The position numbers and the translations under genes were made by a program. Shown here one piece after another: positions 1-9,421 of a stretch of 64,000 nt of DNA. Under the pieces are notes generated by a model. It saw only the letters and a program-made list of their open reading frames with translations. It ran no database searches and was not told the origin of the DNA. This stretch comes from Patescibacteria group bacterium. Lineage in GTDB: Bacteria > Patescibacteriota > Minisyncoccia > Phycocordibacterales > WO2-35-19. Numbering within the stretch: position 1 is the stretch's first letter; every line of letters starts with the position of its first letter. Location: positions 218 to 64,217 of the forward strand of contig JBBTQO010000009.1 of the NCBI GenBank assembly GCA_038065655.1. The letters are read 5' to 3'.

Positions 1-611
1 TGGGACTTTAGCAAATTTATCATACTTATGATGAGTTTGAAATACTTACCTCCCTTTTTAACTCTGATTCGGCACATGCCAAACCTAAGCTTTCCCTCTT
101 TTTTACCCTTTAAAATATTGATATTGCTAATTTGTGAAATGGGAATATTTAATAAATTACTCCAAAACTTTTTGACCCTTGAAACATCATTATCTTCATA
201 TATACGAAGCGTTATTTTTAAGTCTTCTTTATTGATTCCAATAAAATACAAACACTCAACAAATACTTTTACAAGAGCAGGATCACTGTTTATTAAATTT
301 AGTTCTTTTTTATTTCCTTCTCCCCAATACAAGGCTGCCAATACAACAAAAGGGTTTTGTTTATTAAATGGTAATAGCAACTCTTTTGCCATTGTTTCAG
401 CGTTTTCCCACCCAACCTTAGAAAGATTTTTTGAATTGAAACGTTTTAAGCTAAAAGCTTCTTTAAACTCTTCTTTCACTTGCACATCTTTTATGTACTT
501 AAAAATGGTTCCTTTACCGGCTGAAACAATGTTTTTTATTTCTGATAAAGTGTGTCCACTAGAGCGCAAATTTCTAATCAATTCTATTTTTGCTTCTGAT
601 AATTTTTCCAT
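1..611 (-). CDS. HTH plus LAGLIDADG-like CPR protein, 3'-partial (runs off window start; absent from the ORF track)
   Basis: Hand translation from ATG at 611: MEKLSEAKIELIRNLRSSGHTLSEIK...LAALYWGEGNKKELNLINSDPALVKVF...FWS...GMCRIRV. Same motif order as 49378..50058 (YWAEG...NTDP...FW...GTC). Confidence 0.8.
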   Translation of the reverse strand, partial: MEKLSEAKIELIRNLRSSGHTLSEIKNIVSAGKGTIFKYIKDVQVKEEFKEAFSLKRFNSKNLSKVGWENAETMAKELLLPFNKQNPFVVLAALYWGEGNKKELNLINSDPALVKVFVECLYFIGINKEDLKITLRIYEDNDVSRVKKFWSNLLNIPISQISNINILKGKKEGKLRFGMCRIRVKKGGKYFKLIISMINLLKS

Positions 612-694
612 ATGTAAATTATACACCGTTCAGTAAAGGGTCTACAGTTCAAATTGTGGAAAACTAAGGGTTTTGTGTTAATATAATTTGTATT

Positions 695-765
695 GCGGGT
701 ATGGTTTAGTGGTAGAACGCGATCCTTCCAAGATCGTCGCGCCGGTTCGATTCCGGCTACCCGCA
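695..765 (+). tRNA. tRNA-Gly(TCC)
   Basis: GCGGGTA/TACCCGC acceptor stem; anticodon arm CGATC-CTTCCAA-GATCG; GGTTCGATTCC T-arm; CCA not encoded. Confidence 0.95.
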
Positions 766-794
766 CAGGTGAAAAGAAGTGGTAAGATATTTAT

Positions 795-1115
795 ATGATT
801 TGGGTAATACCTTTAGTGATCCTTATATTTTTTGAAGCAATTGCTGATATTCTTGCCAAGGAGTGGTCTTTGGGTAATAGGTCTATAACTTATGCATTTC
901 TATCTCTAGTTGTCTACCTTTTAGCCAATTCCTCGTGGCTTATTGCCTTGAAATATGGCTCTGGATTGGCTAGAGGGGCAATAATATTTTCTGTGGCTTC
1001 GGCCATATTAGCTTCCGTAATCGGTATTGTTTTCTATAAAGAGCATCTGTCACCAATTCAACTTGTGGGAGTCTTTCTTGGCGTTTTTTCAATTATCTTG
1101 ATAGTTTGGGAATAG
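795..1115 (+). CDS. SMR/DMT-family small membrane transporter
   Basis: 106 aa, four hydrophobic helices, Glu in TM1, C-terminal YKEHLSPIQLVGV pattern. Confidence 0.7.
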   Translation: MIWVIPLVILIFFEAIADILAKEWSLGNRSITYAFLSLVVYLLANSSWLIALKYGSGLARGAIIFSVASAILASVIGIVFYKEHLSPIQLVGVFLGVFSIILIVWE

Positions 1116-1118
1116 GTA

Positions 1119-1210
1119 TTATTTCCCTTGAGAGATTTCTACAACTTTATCAAAATCATCTTCTGTAGAGATTTTGTTTTTTTGGAGTTTGTCGCATTTT
1201 TGACACATGT
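1119..1210 (-). pseudogene. Displaced duplicate of the 3' end of the RNHCP gene (2219..2515)
   Basis: 1132-1210 aligns with 2229-2307 at 71/79 nt; encodes CQKCDKLQKNKISTEDDFDKVVEISQGK* versus ...VEISVK*. Confidence 0.85.
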
Positions 1211-1279
1211 TGATTTTGAGTTTGCCATATGTTGATAAATTACCAAAGTGCCACAAAGGTCATGATGCATTACGCAGAT

Positions 1280-1307
1280 TTGACTTTTTTGTTTAACTGT
1301 GTATAAT
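1280..1307 (+). promoter_or_regulatory. sigma70-type promoter of orphan lipoprotein cassette
   Basis: TTGACT-16-TATAAT, then AGGAGG at 1315-1320. Confidence 0.7.
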
Positions 1308-1327
1308 ATAGAACAGGAGGTTACTGT

Positions 1328-1714
1328 GTGGTGCAAAAAATTCTGTTTTCTGTCACATTTTTGGTCATGTTTGGGCTTTCGTCGTGTGGTGCTCAGAAGG
1401 AGATTGCCTGCCACGGCGTTATTTTCCATGTGAACGATCGTGACGCGTGGTTTGGAGAAAGCCAGAGTTGGATTTGGAACAAAAACCAATACCCAATTGA
1501 AATTACAAAGAACTCCACATACGCAAACAAGTTCCACCATGACTGGGAGATACTCTGGGTCAAAAATCTTATTGGAGGTGAAAAAATGACAGATAGTATG
1601 CACCTTGATGTCATTTACTTCGTCTCAGTCAACAATAAAGAAAGAACTGGGGGATTTATTTTTAATCCCAACAGTTCTGCGCAGCAGCAGTGCGGTGACT
1701 TTGGTACGAAGTGA
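1328..1714 (+). CDS. Orphan putative lipoprotein
   Basis: Hydrophobic signal ending in an LSSC lipobox; own promoter, SD and downstream hairpin. Confidence 0.65.
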   Translation: MVQKILFSVTFLVMFGLSSCGAQKEIACHGVIFHVNDRDAWFGESQSWIWNKNQYPIEITKNSTYANKFHHDWEILWVKNLIGGEKMTDSMHLDVIYFVSVNNKERTGGFIFNPNSSAQQQCGDFGTK

Positions 1715-1728
1715 TCGATAGGTGAATG

Positions 1729-1750
1729 GCCGCGTTCGCATGAGCGCGGC
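1729..1750 (+). terminator. Terminator-like hairpin
   Basis: GCCGCGTTC-GCAT-GAGCGCGGC followed by ATTT; weak U-tract. Confidence 0.55.
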
Positions 1751-1770
1751 ATTTCGTATATAATAATTTT

Positions 1771-2202
1771 ATGTCTTCACTTCCAAAACCGCCGCCAAAA
1801 TCTATTATTTATGATAATGAGTGGTTATATGTATGTTTGGCTCTTTTCCCCATTACCAAGGGACACGTAGTTGTTGTTTGGAAAAAAGACATGCCAGATT
1901 TGCATGATCTTTCAGATTCTGAATATGACTATCTAATGGAAATTGTTGATATTGCTCGTGATGCACTTTTAAAAACTTTAAATTTAGAAAAGGTATATTT
2001 GATGTATATGGATGAAGTAAAACAAGTGCACTGGCATTTAGTGCCCCGATACAATGAGCAAGGATTTGATGTTTTTTCTCATGAACCAAAAGAGACTCAT
2101 GATTTTTCCCTTGTTTCCGAGGTACAAAAAGCATTTTTGGAAAGATTACAGATAAGAGAAATTAAATTACCCAAAATAGTTTCCATAGCGTCCCATAACT
2201 AA
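1771..2202 (+). CDS. HIT-family protein
   Basis: PITKGHVVVV and QVHWHLVPR; first His of the triad replaced by Gln. Confidence 0.85.
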   Translation: MSSLPKPPPKSIIYDNEWLYVCLALFPITKGHVVVVWKKDMPDLHDLSDSEYDYLMEIVDIARDALLKTLNLEKVYLMYMDEVKQVHWHLVPRYNEQGFDVFSHEPKETHDFSLVSEVQKAFLERLQIREIKLPKIVSIASHN

Positions 2203-2218
2203 CATAAACAAAAAAACA

Positions 2219-2515
2219 TTATTTAACTGAAATCTCTACAACCTTATCAAAATCATCTTCAGTAGAGATTTTGTTTTTTTGGAGTTTGTCGCACTTTTGG
2301 CATTTGTGGACTATAGACCACTCTCCCCCATTTTCTTCAGCTGAGAGGGGCTCCATAAGCCCACAACAAGTCTCTTCCCTATCGCCCGGAAAAATATCAA
2401 CATGCTTTGAATACAGGCAGTTTGGACAATGATTAGTAAAGCCGTTCCCCGTTATTTTAGTTTTACAATTTTCGCACACGAAATTTTCAATCTTCTTTTT
2501 AAATTTTGAAGACAT
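2219..2515 (-). CDS. RNHCP-domain zinc-binding protein
   Basis: FVCENC...TNHCPNCLYSKHVD..PGDR...CGLMEP...HKCQKC. Confidence 0.9.
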   Translation of the reverse strand: MSSKFKKKIENFVCENCKTKITGNGFTNHCPNCLYSKHVDIFPGDREETCCGLMEPLSAEENGGEWSIVHKCQKCDKLQKNKISTEDDFDKVVEISVK

Positions 2516-2555
2516 ATACTATTTAATTTATTAGCTGTTTCAAATCAGAGTCTGA

Positions 2556-5486
2556 CTACTGGGAAACATATTCGAAGGCTCCCAAATCGTAAGCTGTACC
2601 CTGAGGTCTTGATATCGCTGTGTAGTCGGTTGTTACATAACCGCTGACCGTATTTGATCCGGCATTTATAGCCGGACTTCCAGCCTGTAATCTTAGGTCT
2701 GAAGTTGAAACAAACAACGGATCTACTGTTTTTGCGCCTGATACTGTTATTCCATCACCAGATGGGGCTGATGTACCGTAGAACAGGTCGTTTTGGCTAT
2801 TGTAAGTACCACCCTGATAGGTTTCCAAGTTAAGTACATTAGCTCCAAGACTTCGGTAAATATTATTGCGAGATATAACTTGTGCGGTGCCAGTAATACA
2901 CATCATAATACTACTCCCATTCAACCCATAGAAAGTATTGTTGTAGAGATAGGCGTTGCGTGTGCCCCATGCAAAATACATTCCACCACAACCGTTAGTG
3001 TTTTCTCGCAATACATTGTTATAGATCCAAATATCTCCGTTGTGTGGAGTGGTATCACCGGTGTAGATAAATTCCATGTTTCCACCGTGGAAGTAGTTGG
3101 AGTGAATAAAGACGTGGTCAACTGTCTTTGTGCCTCCAGCGCCACGACTGACGAATATTGCTCCACCTCGGTTGTCACTACCAGCATAAGGTGAGTCAAA
3201 CTCATTCCAGCCCACTGTCACATAGTCAATGCTTTTATCTCCCGTGATGTAATCAGGGTGAGTCTTGATATAAACATTGTGTTTGTAACTGTCATATCCG
3301 TTGTTTTTAAATAAGTTTCCAAGAACTTGAACTTGTTGACTGTTGTCTACCATCACGACTCCAGTCCAGGCATCTGTGCGCATATCCTCCATACTGTTAC
3401 CTATAACTCGTATATAATCTCCCCAAAGACCAAACGCTTGCGTCCCACCTGTAATTCGAAGTTTTGCAAAGGTGAAATAGTTGTTACGTCCATATGGTGA
3501 GTAGTTGGCGTTCCAAATTACTCCTCGGTCGGCATTGAGATTATTGATGAGTGGGGTTTCGCCAGGATAACCTATTAACGCCTTACGCTTTGTACTGCTA
3601 CCATATGGCCCACGAAGTGCTACGAAGGTATCATCAACATCTAAGGCTGTATAGGTTCCATTTTTAACATAGACAATATATTGCCCATCGCCTGAAGGGT
3701 TTAACCCAGGATTAAATTTAAGGATATCTTTCCATGCTGTAGCTACGGTTGTACCATTGTTTGAGTTGCTTCCTGTAGGAGAAATAAAGTAAATTGCTCC
3801 TGCCATAACTTTAAATGGTAATGAATTTGAAGTGACACCGTTTACATTAACCGTGATTGATCCATCGCCATCAGTTGCAGAACTTTGAATCCAGAAAGTA
3901 ATTCTTTCTAACCCTCTGACTGAGCTGGTTATTCCCCATTCAACATATTCAGTAACTTTAGCACCGTTTATTGTCACATAACTTGTTCCTCTGGTGCTAC
4001 CTAAGTTTTCACCCCAAATGGTTATAGCTGCTCCTTTTGATGAGGAGCCCTCCCATCCTGTCTTTGGCCCCCAATCAAGATCGGAGAAAAATATTACTGG
4101 TCCTCCGGTAACACCTGGAGTTGGAATAGGGGTAGGTGTGGGAGTAGGCGTAGGAGTTGGGGTAGGAGTCGGAGCTGTATACTTAACTATATAATCTTCA
4201 ACAGCCCATCCATCTACTTCAGAATCAAAATTTATATTCCACCAAAACATACTATTTGCGTACGATGAACCACCAGTGACTGTTCCCAAGGAACCCAAAA
4301 TTTGGGTACCCAATAGACTTCCTGAAGTAGAAGGGGTTGATCGAACATTTAGATTGTCGGTTGTCTGAACTTTGTCACTAATTATAAATTTAGTACTGAT
4401 TGGGTCTGGGACCGGATCTGGAACAGGTTGAGATACTGTAATTGTTACGCTTTTATTAACGGAACCGCCTGTGCAAGTGATGGTGTAACTTGAATTACTT
4501 GTTGGAGCGACACTATAGGTACCGCTAGTTGATATTGATCCAGATAATGCACCACTTGCAGTACAAGAAGTAGTATTTTGAGAACTCCATGTAATTGTTG
4601 AACTTTGTCCAGAAGTTATTGATGTTGGAGACGCGCTAATCGAAACTGTTGGGGCAGGTGTTGGAGTAGGTGTGGGAGTTGGGGTAGGGCTATCTGAAGA
4701 TGTTTTAGGTTTAAATGATGCAAATACCGAAATAATATTGTAATCGGAATTGGTGTTGTTGGTTCCATTAAAACTATAACTACCTGAATTAACCGCCAAC
4801 TTTTCTGCAAGCAACAATCCATCAGCGCTTATTCTTGAAGTAAAACTTGGGTCTGGATTTAAAATGATAGACGATGAGCCATAAATTTCGGTGGCGCAAC
4901 CGACTAGCAATTCATTTGTCGATGAAGTATTTAACTGACCCGAATCCCATTTTGAACCGCCCTTATACCCTGAGTCATTTGCTACAAAACTATCTAATAC
5001 ATCAATCCCGCTATATTCCGCTGCCATCAAAATCGAAGGTCCCCAAGGGAAATTGGCTGACACTTGAGTTGCCCCACCATAATTATCGGTGGCATAATAG
5101 ATACTTAAATATCCGGCTGAACTGCTATTTTTTATACTACTTACCAATTTATAAATGTTTGATTTGTCGTCAGTAATTTTTGTTGGTACATCTCTACCAA
5201 CAAAACATGCAATAATGGTGTCACCTTTTAAAGTTTGATTTAATTTTGTGTATGTTGATGAGCCCCCAGTTGATTCATCTTTGTAACTTGATTGAATAAA
5301 TTTTATTTCTGAAGGTAATGACAAAATGACTGTTGAAGAATTATTGAAAATAGAATTATATATACTTGCAATATTTAATCTTTCTATATTTTGGGTAATA
5401 AAGGAATTGTTTCCCCACAAAATATATCCGGACAAAAAAAGTAGCAATCCGCTTATTGTCAGAAGAATCTTATTTCTAAATTTCAT
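2556..5486 (-). CDS. Large secreted/surface modular protein (SH3-like, Pro-Thr linkers, IPT/TIG-like, right-handed beta-helix)
   Basis: N-terminal TM/signal; (PT)n linkers; LNVRSTPS...WW.INFD...GWA SH3b-like; ITIWGENLG IPT-like; Asn-rich beta-helix; C-terminal DLRLQAGSPAINAG...YDLGAFEY. Confidence 0.85.
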   Translation of the reverse strand: MKFRNKILLTISGLLLFLSGYILWGNNSFITQNIERLNIASIYNSIFNNSSTVILSLPSEIKFIQSSYKDESTGGSSTYTKLNQTLKGDTIIACFVGRDVPTKITDDKSNIYKLVSSIKNSSSAGYLSIYYATDNYGGATQVSANFPWGPSILMAAEYSGIDVLDSFVANDSGYKGGSKWDSGQLNTSSTNELLVGCATEIYGSSSIILNPDPSFTSRISADGLLLAEKLAVNSGSYSFNGTNNTNSDYNIISVFASFKPKTSSDSPTPTPTPTPTPAPTVSISASPTSITSGQSSTITWSSQNTTSCTASGALSGSISTSGTYSVAPTSNSSYTITCTGGSVNKSVTITVSQPVPDPVPDPISTKFIISDKVQTTDNLNVRSTPSTSGSLLGTQILGSLGTVTGGSSYANSMFWWNINFDSEVDGWAVEDYIVKYTAPTPTPTPTPTPTPTPIPTPGVTGGPVIFFSDLDWGPKTGWEGSSSKGAAITIWGENLGSTRGTSYVTINGAKVTEYVEWGITSSVRGLERITFWIQSSATDGDGSITVNVNGVTSNSLPFKVMAGAIYFISPTGSNSNNGTTVATAWKDILKFNPGLNPSGDGQYIVYVKNGTYTALDVDDTFVALRGPYGSSTKRKALIGYPGETPLINNLNADRGVIWNANYSPYGRNNYFTFAKLRITGGTQAFGLWGDYIRVIGNSMEDMRTDAWTGVVMVDNSQQVQVLGNLFKNNGYDSYKHNVYIKTHPDYITGDKSIDYVTVGWNEFDSPYAGSDNRGGAIFVSRGAGGTKTVDHVFIHSNYFHGGNMEFIYTGDTTPHNGDIWIYNNVLRENTNGCGGMYFAWGTRNAYLYNNTFYGLNGSSIMMCITGTAQVISRNNIYRSLGANVLNLETYQGGTYNSQNDLFYGTSAPSGDGITVSGAKTVDPLFVSTSDLRLQAGSPAINAGSNTVSGYVTTDYTAISRPQGTAYDLGAFEYVSQ
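4125..4176 (-). repeat. Pro-Thr coding microrepeat; a second tract lies at about 4650-4690
   Basis: Degenerate 6-nt repeats encoding PTPTPT. Confidence 0.8.
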
Positions 5487-5584
5487 AATATAAAATTATC
5501 TTGTAATAAAACTTATAAAACCCAACTACTATAGTTTAACAGACTATTGCTGTGTAAAATGTCCTATATGGGGATATCAAATTG

Positions 5585-5610
5585 TGCCACTTCGCTAAAG
5601 CTTCGCGGCA
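5585..5610. repeat. Short palindrome family D (CTTCGCTAAAGCTTCG core); copies at 17750-17775 and 54531-54558
   Basis: TGCCACTTCGCTAAAGCTTCGCGGCA; reverse-orientation relatives CCCCGCGAAGCTTAAGCGAAGTGGGG and TCCCGCAAAGCGATAGCGAAGTGGGGGA. Confidence 0.65.
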
Positions 5611-5615
5611 TACTA

Positions 5616-5686
5616 TCGGAGTGCCGAGAATCGAACTCGGACCTAATGCTCCCAAAGCATTTATACTACCACTATACTACACTCCG
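5616..5686 (-). tRNA. tRNA-Pro(TGG)
   Basis: Reverse complement CGGAGTGTAGTATAGTGG...AATGC-TTTGGGA-GCATT...GTTCGATTC...CACTCCGA. Confidence 0.95.
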
Positions 5687-5703
5687 TTAACTCAAATATA
5701 CTA

Positions 5704-6096
5704 TCACAAAATTATATTTTCCATAAATTTGACTTTGGCTACTCGTCTTTCTTGATCTAAAAACACACAAGCCAAATCAAATTGCCATAGAGGTTCCTTC
5801 TTGTATTTCTCCAGTAAGTAGGTTTGGATGGCTCTCCTTAGTCTTTTAAGCTTCCATGGGTGCATATTATCTTCTGGCCGGTAGTTGTTTATCTCTTGCT
5901 CAAATCTTCCCCCATAGCTATTGCGACTAACAGTCTTAACTTCCACAAAATGAAGGACTTTGTCTTTTTCCATTATGATATCTATTTCTCCCCATTTCCT
6001 TCTATAATTCCGGCAAATTAAAATATAGCCTTTTTTTGAAAGGAAATTGGTAACGATGTTCTCCCCCATTTCTCCAGTTTTGTTATGTTTTGCCAT
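5704..6096 (-). CDS. yraN: YraN/UPF0102 family putative endonuclease
   Basis: G.MGE...RNYRRKWGEIDII...FVEVKT...FD. Confidence 0.9.
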   Translation of the reverse strand: MAKHNKTGEMGENIVTNFLSKKGYILICRNYRRKWGEIDIIMEKDKVLHFVEVKTVSRNSYGGRFEQEINNYRPEDNMHPWKLKRLRRAIQTYLLEKYKKEPLWQFDLACVFLDQERRVAKVKFMENIIL

Positions 6097-6264
6097 AAAA
6101 AATCAAAAAGTCTTTGACTTTTAAAAAACCCTTATTTAGAGCCATATTTTATTTTTAATGACCTTGACTTATACACACTGTCCCCTCAGTTATCCCCAGT
6201 TTTGTTGAAAACTAAGGCCAACTACACCACAAAGACATTTTAACAAATTTTAGGACAAATTTAT

Positions 6265-6376
6265 ATAACTCACCCTACCCTCTCTTATTTCTTTAGAAAC
6301 ACGAAGTACAACAAGAGAGGGTTTTCGGAAAGTCCCTTCCCTTGTTGTAAGGGAAGGGATTTAGGGATGAGTTATT
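6265..6376. repeat. Inverted doublet of palindrome family B (empty REPIN-like element)
   Basis: ATAACTCACCCTACCCTCTCTT...ACAACAAGAGAGGG then CCCTTCCCTTGTTGTAAGGGAAGGG...GGGATGAGTTAT; matches the ends flanking DUF559. Confidence 0.8.
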
Positions 6377-6418
6377 GAATTTTGTATTATGAAATATTTA
6401 TGCTAAATTATTAGCATC

Positions 6419-6489
6419 GCGGCCATAGTTTAATGGTATGACACGTCCTTGCCAAGGATGAGATGGGAGTTCGATTCTCCCTGGCCGCA
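6419..6489 (+). tRNA. tRNA-Gly(GCC)
   Basis: GCGGCCA/TGGCCGC stem; CGTCC-TTGCCAA-GGATG anticodon arm. Confidence 0.95.
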
Positions 6490-6528
6490 CAAAGAATTGT
6501 CTCTTTGTTTGTGTTATTATGATTTTAT

Positions 6529-6600
6529 GCGCCCGTGGTGAAACGGATATCATGAATGCCTTCGAAGCATTTGTTGGGGGTTCGAATCCCTCCGGGCGCG
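6529..6600 (+). tRNA. tRNA-Arg(TCG)
   Basis: GCGCCCG/CGGGCGC stem; AATGC-CTTCGAA-GCATT anticodon arm; GGTTCGAATCC. Confidence 0.93.
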
Positions 6601-6613
6601 CACCACACAGAAA

Positions 6614-8101
6614 ATGTCTAACAAAGCTAAAATAGAAAAATTTAAGATACCAGAAGAAGTTTCCCATGTAACTAAGGCGCTCAAGGATGCTAGTTTTGAG
6701 GCGTATTTGGTTGGTGGCTGTGTCAGGGATCTCTTTATGGGGAAAAAGCCTAAAGATTGGGATATTACAACCAATGCCATTCCAGAACAGATTATTCCCC
6801 TATTCCCTAAAACTTTTTACGAAAATGATTTTGGTACAGTTGGAGTTGTAAATGAAGAGGTTTCTGATGAAACTCTTAAGATTATAGAAATCACTCCATA
6901 CCGCATTGAAAGCTCATATTCTGACCATAGAAGGCCTGATAGTGTTCAATTCAGTAAAAACATACAGGATGATTTAAAAAGACGTGATTTTACTATAAAT
7001 GCTATTGCCTATGATGTTGAGACCGGAGAAATAATTGATCCTTTTGCTGGAGTGGCTGATTTGGCCAGAGGAATTATAAAAACGGTTGGAGAACCAAAAG
7101 AAAGGTTTTTTGAAGATGGCCTAAGAATATTGAGAGCTGTCCGGTTTCATGTGCAACTCGGCTTCCCTCTTGATTCAGAAACAGAAAAATCAATACTAGA
7201 AAATAGGGACATTTTGGGAGAAGTTTCTAAAGAAAGAGTTAAGGATGAATTTATGAGTATAATTATGTCCTTAAATCCCTCTAGTGGCCTTTTCCTATTA
7301 AGAAAATTAGGTTTGCTACATTATATTATTCCAGAACTTGAAGAATCGTTTGACGTAGAACAAAACCAGGCCCACTCCTATGATGTCTGGAATCACCTCC
7401 TTAAGACGGTCCAACATTCTGCTGACAAGGAATACCCGTTACATGTGAGACTTGCCGCTCTCCTTCATGATATAGCAAAGCCTAGAACTAGAAGATGGGA
7501 CAAAGAGGCAAATCAATGGACTTTTTATGGTCACGAGGTCGTGGGTTCACGTGTAACTAAAGATATACTTGAAAGATTAAAGTTCTCACGTGAAACAATT
7601 GAGAATGTAACTAACCTAGTTCGCTGGCATATGTTCTTCTCAGATACTGAGCAAATTACCCATTCTGCCGTTAGGCGTCTTATAGCCAATGTGGGCAAAG
7701 AAAATGTATGGGATTTGATAGATATGCGCATGTGTGATCGTATAGGTACTGGTAGACCTAAAGAAAGTCCCTACAGGCTTAGAAAATACAAGTCTATGAT
7801 AGAGGAGGTAATGAGAGACCCGGTTTCGGTTGGGATGCTTAAAATTGACGGTCGGAAAATAATTGAATTACTAAATATTGCTCCAGGTCCAAAAGTCGGG
7901 CAAATACTAAATGCCTTATTGGAAGAGGTTTTAGAAGATCCAACATTAAATAATGAGGAGTATTTAAATAAAAGGACAATAGAATTGTCAAATATGTCTG
8001 ATACAGAATTAAAGAGTTTAGGGGAAAGTGGTAAGAAAAAGAAGGAAAAAGAAGAAGAAAAAAAGATAAAAGAAATAAGGGGCAAACATTATGTTCAATA
8101 A
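6614..8101 (+). CDS. cca: CCA-adding tRNA nucleotidyltransferase with HD domain
   Basis: YLVGGCVRD...DWDITT, DLKRRDFTINA, EDGLRILRA, ALLHDIAKP. Confidence 0.9.
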   Translation: MSNKAKIEKFKIPEEVSHVTKALKDASFEAYLVGGCVRDLFMGKKPKDWDITTNAIPEQIIPLFPKTFYENDFGTVGVVNEEVSDETLKIIEITPYRIESSYSDHRRPDSVQFSKNIQDDLKRRDFTINAIAYDVETGEIIDPFAGVADLARGIIKTVGEPKERFFEDGLRILRAVRFHVQLGFPLDSETEKSILENRDILGEVSKERVKDEFMSIIMSLNPSSGLFLLRKLGLLHYIIPELEESFDVEQNQAHSYDVWNHLLKTVQHSADKEYPLHVRLAALLHDIAKPRTRRWDKEANQWTFYGHEVVGSRVTKDILERLKFSRETIENVTNLVRWHMFFSDTEQITHSAVRRLIANVGKENVWDLIDMRMCDRIGTGRPKESPYRLRKYKSMIEEVMRDPVSVGMLKIDGRKIIELLNIAPGPKVGQILNALLEEVLEDPTLNNEEYLNKRTIELSNMSDTELKSLGESGKKKKEKEEEKKIKEIRGKHYVQ

Positions 8102-8431
8102 AGATAGAGTTATCCACTTTTTGTCCTTTACATTATTTTTAAAAGACATAAAATTTCTATCAGACAGCTAATATTTTTTAATCGAACATAATCATTAGCA
8201 TTTGTTCTTTATAATCCGATGCATCGGATTGAAAGAAAGTTTGGTTAGACATAAGAATAGGTTATATATATTCTCACTATTTTATTTTTAAAATGGAATA
8301 TCATACGATTTCTTATGAATGCGCTTTTTGACGAAACTTACCTTTCAAATACTCTTTTGTCCGCTTACAAGCCGCCTTGTCGTGTGAAATTCCTCCACCA
8401 CATCTTGGCGGTTTTGTTGTGTTTGGAAAAT

Positions 8432-8552
8432 CAAAACTCTTCCTCGTCATAAGTTTTATAATACACACAAATTTTCTTGCTAGAAAATTTGCTCGTGTTC
8501 GCGCCGTCGCGCTCACAAGGCATTCTAAAACTTACGACTTCAACGAGTTTTG
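8432..8552. repeat. Long palindrome family E (inner TTTTCTTGCTAGAAAA hairpin); copies at 28292-28408 (inside comEC) and 58965-59071
   Basis: Outer arms pair (AAAACTC..GTCATAAGTTTTA / TAAAACTTACGAC..GAGTTTT); shared core ATTTTCTTGCTAGAAAATT..TCGTG.TCG...CAAGGCATTC. Confidence 0.7.
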
Positions 8553-8554
8553 GT

Positions 8555-9379
8555 TTACATTATTTCAATCAAAATAGGGCAGTGGTCTGAGCCTAAAACT
8601 TCCGGAAGTATTTTTGAATTTTTAATATTTGGTAAAAATTCTTTATTTACAAAAAAGTAGTCAATACGCCAACCAACGTTTCTCTCTCTAGCATTGGCCC
8701 AATGTGTCCACCAAGTATAATTGCCATTACCCTTAGTAAAATGGCGAAATGTATCAACAAATCCGGCTTTTATTATATTATCTATTCCTTTACGTTCCTC
8801 GTCTGTAAATCCATGTTCACCCTTGTTTTGCCTGGGGTTGGCCAAATCATCTGGAGTGTGGGCTACATTTAAATCACCACAGAAAATAACTGGTTTTGCT
8901 TGCCCTGAGTTTGTCGAATGGGTCAAATTTTTTATATATTCCAGAAAAGCTTTATCCCATTTTTGGTGACGAAGGGGGAGTCGACTTAAATCCTGTTTAG
9001 AGTTTGGCGTGTAAACATTAACAACAAAAAAATCCTTAAATTCAGCGGTTAAAACACGACCTTCTTTATTAGGATCGCCATAATTATCTTCTCCTAATTT
9101 ATATTTTTTGATAATTTCAGCAGGGAAGCCAAGAGTTATGTTTAGAACTTTCAAGTTGGCTAATTTTTTTACAAATATTGCTGTTCCGCTGTAACCAGCC
9201 TTTTCGGCGGAATTCCATATCTCTTCGTAGTCTTTTAAATCTATTTCATTTTGTTCTTTTTTAGACTTTATTTCTTGTAAACAAATAATATCTGGCTGAT
9301 ACTTCTCCACCATAGGCAAAAACAGTCCTTTCTTGTGAACTGCCCGCAATCCGTTTACGTTCCAAGATATGATTTTCAT
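8555..9379 (-). CDS. xth: Exodeoxyribonuclease III
   Basis: SWNVNGLRA, CLQEIK, GDLNVAH, GWRIDYF, GSDHCP. Confidence 0.95.
   Translation of the reverse strand: MKIISWNVNGLRAVHKKGLFLPMVEKYQPDIICLQEIKSKKEQNEIDLKDYEEIWNSAEKAGYSGTAIFVKKLANLKVLNITLGFPAEIIKKYKLGEDNYGDPNKEGRVLTAEFKDFFVVNVYTPNSKQDLSRLPLRHQKWDKAFLEYIKNLTHSTNSGQAKPVIFCGDLNVAHTPDDLANPRQNKGEHGFTDEERKGIDNIIKAGFVDTFRHFTKGNGNYTWWTHWANARERNVGWRIDYFFVNKEFLPNIKNSKILPEVLGSDHCPILIEIM
8901..8925. repeat. Short palindrome family C (TTCGAC..CTCAG core), in frame in xth; copies at 41752-41772, 46112-46135, 53102-53123 and 53551-53575
   Basis: Reverse complement TGACCCATTCGACAAACTCAGGGCA versus CTCTTCGACTCCGCTCAGGGT and TGACCCTTCGATAAACTCATGGCA. Confidence 0.7.
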
Positions 9380-9421
9380 TGTCTTTTATTATGGAATTTT
9401 TTGTGGATATCGTGGAGGTGT

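Noticed and set aside
28-636. 202-aa plus-strand ORF from the track
   Set aside because: It is the antisense shadow of the minus-strand gene at 1-611.
1139-1603. 154-aa minus-strand ORF
   Set aside because: It overlaps the lipoprotein cassette antisense and the RNHCP duplicate out of frame, with no expression signals.
6100-6260. Replication origin (TTATACACA, TTATCCCCA)
   Set aside because: Only one good DnaA box, no dnaA or dnaN nearby, and similar boxes are scattered elsewhere.
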